Positions 60,763 to 64,000 of a DNA stretch of 64,000 nucleotides are shown here, in pieces. The stretch is from NCBI GenBank assembly GCA_051546255.1, contig CP128815.1, forward strand, positions 1,364,001 through 1,428,000, in the 5' to 3' direction. A model generated the notes under the pieces. That model did not search any database and was not told the origin of the DNA. It was given only the letters and a program-made list of their open reading frames with translations. The translations under genes and the position numbers were made by a program. The stretch is from Meyerozyma guilliermondii. Its lineage: Eukaryota. How positions within the stretch are numbered: position 1 is the first letter of the stretch; the number at the start of each line of letters is the position of its first letter.

Positions 60763-61252
60763 AGCAGAAAGCGAAACAGCATAACTTTGGGCTATATATA
60801 ATATGATTGATGGAAAGTGGTAATTTGCAGCCTGTCAGATTAAGTAATTGTTGGAGTTGCGAAAATTTGAAAAGTTGCAAATTTTAAGATTTTGAAGTAA
60901 GAAGAAATCAGAGGAAATAGGAAGGTGAAATGGCGTTGTTTCCGAGCAGAATAAGGCAACGAAGAGCAATAAAAATTGCGCATTTAATGAAAAAGTTTGG
61001 GTAGACTTGTGTAAATTGCAGTACAAAGATGAACCAAAAATGAGCTGGAATTAACAAAATGAGCTGAAATGAGCCAAGTATTTACCGGATTGAATTAAAC
61101 TTGAGTCTACATGTATCACTCTTACTACACAATTTCTCTAAAGACCGGTTCCATCTATGTTTCCTGCACCTAAGCTTGCCGGGTAACTGTGAAAATTGTC
61201 ACCGAAATTTCGCCTACGGCAAAACCACCTCTGTTAAAGTACGAGTAATTTA

Positions 61253-61879
61253 ATGTCTTGGTTGTTTGGTGGCAAGCAGGACCAAAAGTCCGACACAGCG
61301 GCCTCCAATACGCTTGGATTTGACCCCGCTCAAGTATCAGATGTTTCGTCAATTATACAGACTCCGGGAGTTCTCAACACCGCACAATTGCATCCTTTAG
61401 CTGGTTTAGATAAGGGCATAGAGTACTTGGATCTTGAAGAAGAACAATTAACGACGGTCCAGGGAGCCCAGGGACTCATTCCCTCGAGAAACTGGACAGA
61501 TGATTTGTGTTATGGTACCGGTGCAGTTTATCTTCTTGGATTAGGAATTGGAGGAGCATACGGAATGCAAGAAGGATTAAGAAACCTTCCCCCACAAGCA
61601 ACCCCTCGGTTACAACTCAACACTGTTTTAAATCACATCACCAAGAGAGGACCATTTTTGGGTAATAGTGCTGGAGTTTTGGCGTTAACATATAATTTGA
61701 TCGATTCATCATTGGATGCATTGAGAGAGAAGCACGACGATGCCAATTCCATTGCAGCTGGAGCTTTAGCCGGAGCACTTTTCCGGAGCAGTGCTGGACT
61801 CAAGCCTATGGGTTACTCAACGGCATTGATGGCAGGAGCAGCTGGCGCATGGTGTGGACTTAAACGTCTTTTGGCATGA
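61253..61879 (+). CDS. TIM23: Mitochondrial inner-membrane translocase Tim23
   Basis: MSWLFG, LHPLAGLDKGIEYLDLE, IPSRNWTDDLCYGTG and LNHITKRGPFLGNSAG. Confidence 0.97.
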   Translation: MSWLFGGKQDQKSDTAASNTLGFDPAQVSDVSSIIQTPGVLNTAQLHPLAGLDKGIEYLDLEEEQLTTVQGAQGLIPSRNWTDDLCYGTGAVYLLGLGIGGAYGMQEGLRNLPPQATPRLQLNTVLNHITKRGPFLGNSAGVLALTYNLIDSSLDALREKHDDANSIAAGALAGALFRSSAGLKPMGYSTALMAGAAGAWCGLKRLLA

Positions 61880-61907
61880 ACTAAAACAGACTAAAACAGA
61901 CTAAAAC
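61880..61907 (+). repeat. 10-bp tandem repeat (ACTAAAACAG) x about 2.8, immediately after the TIM23 stop
   Basis: ACTAAAACAG ACTAAAACAG ACTAAAAC. Confidence 0.85.
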
Positions 61908-62037
61908 TGGAACGGTCGTGTCGTGTGATCCGTCCGCTGTTGTACATATTGGGTCATGATAATGAATGTTATACAATACCATAGGATGGTTTGTGATGCT
62001 AGTAGTCTATAAATTTGAGAGTCTCTGAATTTCTTAG

Positions 62038-63126
62038 TTATTCCACCGCTACGGTTTTCGCTTTTTTTGGTGGAACCGAAAGCTCTTCGAGTGTGTGTTT
62101 GCGTGGAGGTTCAATTGGGTCCATTTCTGTCAATACATCTTTTTGAAGGTATTTTGTCAAAATCTTATTTCCTGCGTCTCCAATCGATTCTGCGACCGAA
62201 AGCAAATCTTGATTATTTTTCATTTGGCAAAATTTTTGGTAAAATGGAGACTTTCCCGGCACTTGGTTCAACAAAACATACTTGGTATTACTAGGATGAT
62301 TGTCAAAATCGGTTGCAATTTGAATAAATTCGTTCACAACCAGACCCCATGGTTTTGGAGACATCAGAAATACCGTTGGATTTGCCTCGGCACTTTCTGC
62401 TATCATGGCCCCAATCTGTTTCCCGTACCGGGCTTGAAGCTCGTAAAACTCCTGGCGATTCCGAATGGCTCCATTTAGAATAAAACTGACATTATTGGAA
62501 TGCACGGTCTCGATGATCTGAGGTAAAAAAGTCCGAATTGGCGGCTGCCGGTTTCTCATAGGCTTTGTCCGACAATGCAAAGTTAGGTTAGCAACTCCGG
62601 TCTTGCATATGCGGTCGATAAGTTTTATGCTGGGCTCCGGATCGGTAGCATCCAAAAGTCTAATTTTGACACTTATTGGTATGCGATAAACATTTCCAAT
62701 TTTTTCTACGAGATTCTTCAAAATCAGCACCAAGACATCTGGATTCGTCAAAAGCTCGGCTCCCATTCCTGAATGGGTCGAGAAGTTTTTCGGACATCCG
62801 CAATTGAGATCTATGCCATCCACATCTCGAGCAACTACTTTGGCGGCTTCTACCGCGAGCTCGGGGTTGGCCGAGCCGATCTGAAAAATGAGTCTTCCTC
62901 GCTCACTAGCTGGATGAGTTCTAAATACAACTTTATTGTTCGAATCGATAAAATCTGTGGTTGCTAATTTGACATTTTCCACTCGCTTACATTGAATAAT
63001 TTTTTTATCGACAATTTCCGGACTCCACACCAAATCCGCGCCGTATCTGAGAGCCATCAACCTCGTAGGAAGCTCTCCACTGCGCACCATCGGTGCCAAA
63101 ACGAGCTTGCCCGCATACGTCACCAT
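62038..63126 (-). CDS. SMM1: tRNA-dihydrouridine synthase Dus2/Smm1
   Basis: MVTYAGKLVLAPMVRSGELPTRL, IFQIGSA and GIDLNCGCPKNFSTHSGMGA. Confidence 0.93.
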   Translation of the reverse strand: MVTYAGKLVLAPMVRSGELPTRLMALRYGADLVWSPEIVDKKIIQCKRVENVKLATTDFIDSNNKVVFRTHPASERGRLIFQIGSANPELAVEAAKVVARDVDGIDLNCGCPKNFSTHSGMGAELLTNPDVLVLILKNLVEKIGNVYRIPISVKIRLLDATDPEPSIKLIDRICKTGVANLTLHCRTKPMRNRQPPIRTFLPQIIETVHSNNVSFILNGAIRNRQEFYELQARYGKQIGAMIAESAEANPTVFLMSPKPWGLVVNEFIQIATDFDNHPSNTKYVLLNQVPGKSPFYQKFCQMKNNQDLLSVAESIGDAGNKILTKYLQKDVLTEMDPIEPPRKHTLEELSVPPKKAKTVAVE

Positions 63127-64000
63127 GGAAAATGTGTCAAGATCGTTTAATGGCTTCTATTGCATTGCATGCATGCAAGCAAAAAACCGTCCGCACGGGT
63201 GACGCGCGTCACGTGCCGCCTTATGCATGTTCACACGACCTGTCAAATTTGCATGACACCGAACTGGTGTCACAGGCAGCCGCAATTGAGCGGATTTCAA
63301 ACAGCACACAAAACTATCGCCTTCGGACCACCGGCAGCAACTATACACACAATTATTTTCACGGCAATCAAGAAAAAGTGGAGAAACATCCAGCCACCAT
63401 TTCTGCAGTTCCAAGATTGCGCACGGTGACGCGTAAATTTCATCATTCATGACTGGTACCCATTTGTAACAATAAATGTGCAATTACTAGCCGCATTTGA
63501 CATCTTGTAATACCAATTGCTTATCGTAGGCTACTGGAGAATCCAATTTTGTCCCGCAAAACGCTTTTTGCCTTTTCAATTACCTTCCTTATCCGGCATT
63601 TATCTGTTTCCGGAACCCCAGCTCGATTATCAAGGCTGATAGGCCTGTATACAGGACTTGCATATGTTCTATAGCCCGCCTATGCGATGAGGTGGTGGAG
63701 ATAAACCCGATTGAATTAATTTGAAAAGCTGAAAATCCGGCAGGGAAATGCAAGGCTGCAATTGGCAACTTTGACAAAATTTGGGGTTAAATTTGACCGG
63801 TTAACACCGGCTTTGATGACCTTCGGCCTATACGATGAGGTCCTGTATAAAAAGAAATAAAACTTTTGCAACCGTACAAAAAAAAAAGAAATTGCAGTCA
63901 TCTAAAATTGCAGAATATTTACATTACTTCTAGATTTAAAACTTTACTAATCCTACATTTTAAGCATTTTATTATTTTCCACTTGCAATCAACTACCAGA

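Noticed and set aside
61038..61074. Three AAATGAGC copies upstream of TIM23
   Set aside because: Short and irregularly spaced, not the PAC consensus, and not seen upstream of TOM22 or TOM70.
1..64000. CRISPR array, transposon, secondary-metabolite cluster or horizontally acquired island
   Set aside because: No repeat-spacer array, transposase, reverse transcriptase or PKS/NRPS gene, and no visibly foreign segment. The gene content is core yeast housekeeping.

Overview
This is gene-dense eukaryotic DNA from a budding yeast of the CUG-Ser (CTG) clade. CTG codons fall at conserved Ser positions in Rpn7, Acc1 and Cia2. The compact layout would fit a Meyerozyma/Debaryomycetaceae genome, but I cannot confirm the species. 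The window holds about 33 protein-coding genes, mostly housekeeping: RPN7, an acyl-CoA dehydrogenase, LSM1, TRM61/GCD14, ARP2, MPS1, an RTA-family gene, SCD5, an NSRP1-like gene, stomatin, EPT1/CPT1, TOM22, FAR11, LSM12, TEP1, TOM70, an arrestin, FPR1, a TRAPPC11-like gene, CIA2, an NT-C2 protein, LSM4, GSY1, PWP2, MPP6, YIH1, an RPAP3-like gene, an FKS paralog, a subtilisin, ACC1, an STL1-like transporter, TIM23 and DUS2. Two further ORFs are unrecognised and one partial gene runs off the left edge. There are two intron-containing tRNA genes (Ser-CGA, elongator Met) and two very short spliceosomal introns. I see no mobile element, no CRISPR array and no clearly new multi-gene system. The best leads are (1) in-frame upstream ATGs that add mitochondrial-presequence-like extensions to ACC1 and FPR1, (2) an FKS paralog with strongly divergent echinocandin hot spots next to a subtilisin, (3) an apparently arm-less Rho-GDI-like ORF missed by the ORF track, (4) TRAPPC11-like and RPAP3-like genes of types lost or reduced in S. 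cerevisiae, and (5) a likely peroxisomal acyl-CoA dehydrogenase with a CCGAGG promoter element. All gene names come from recognising the sequences; no database searches were run.
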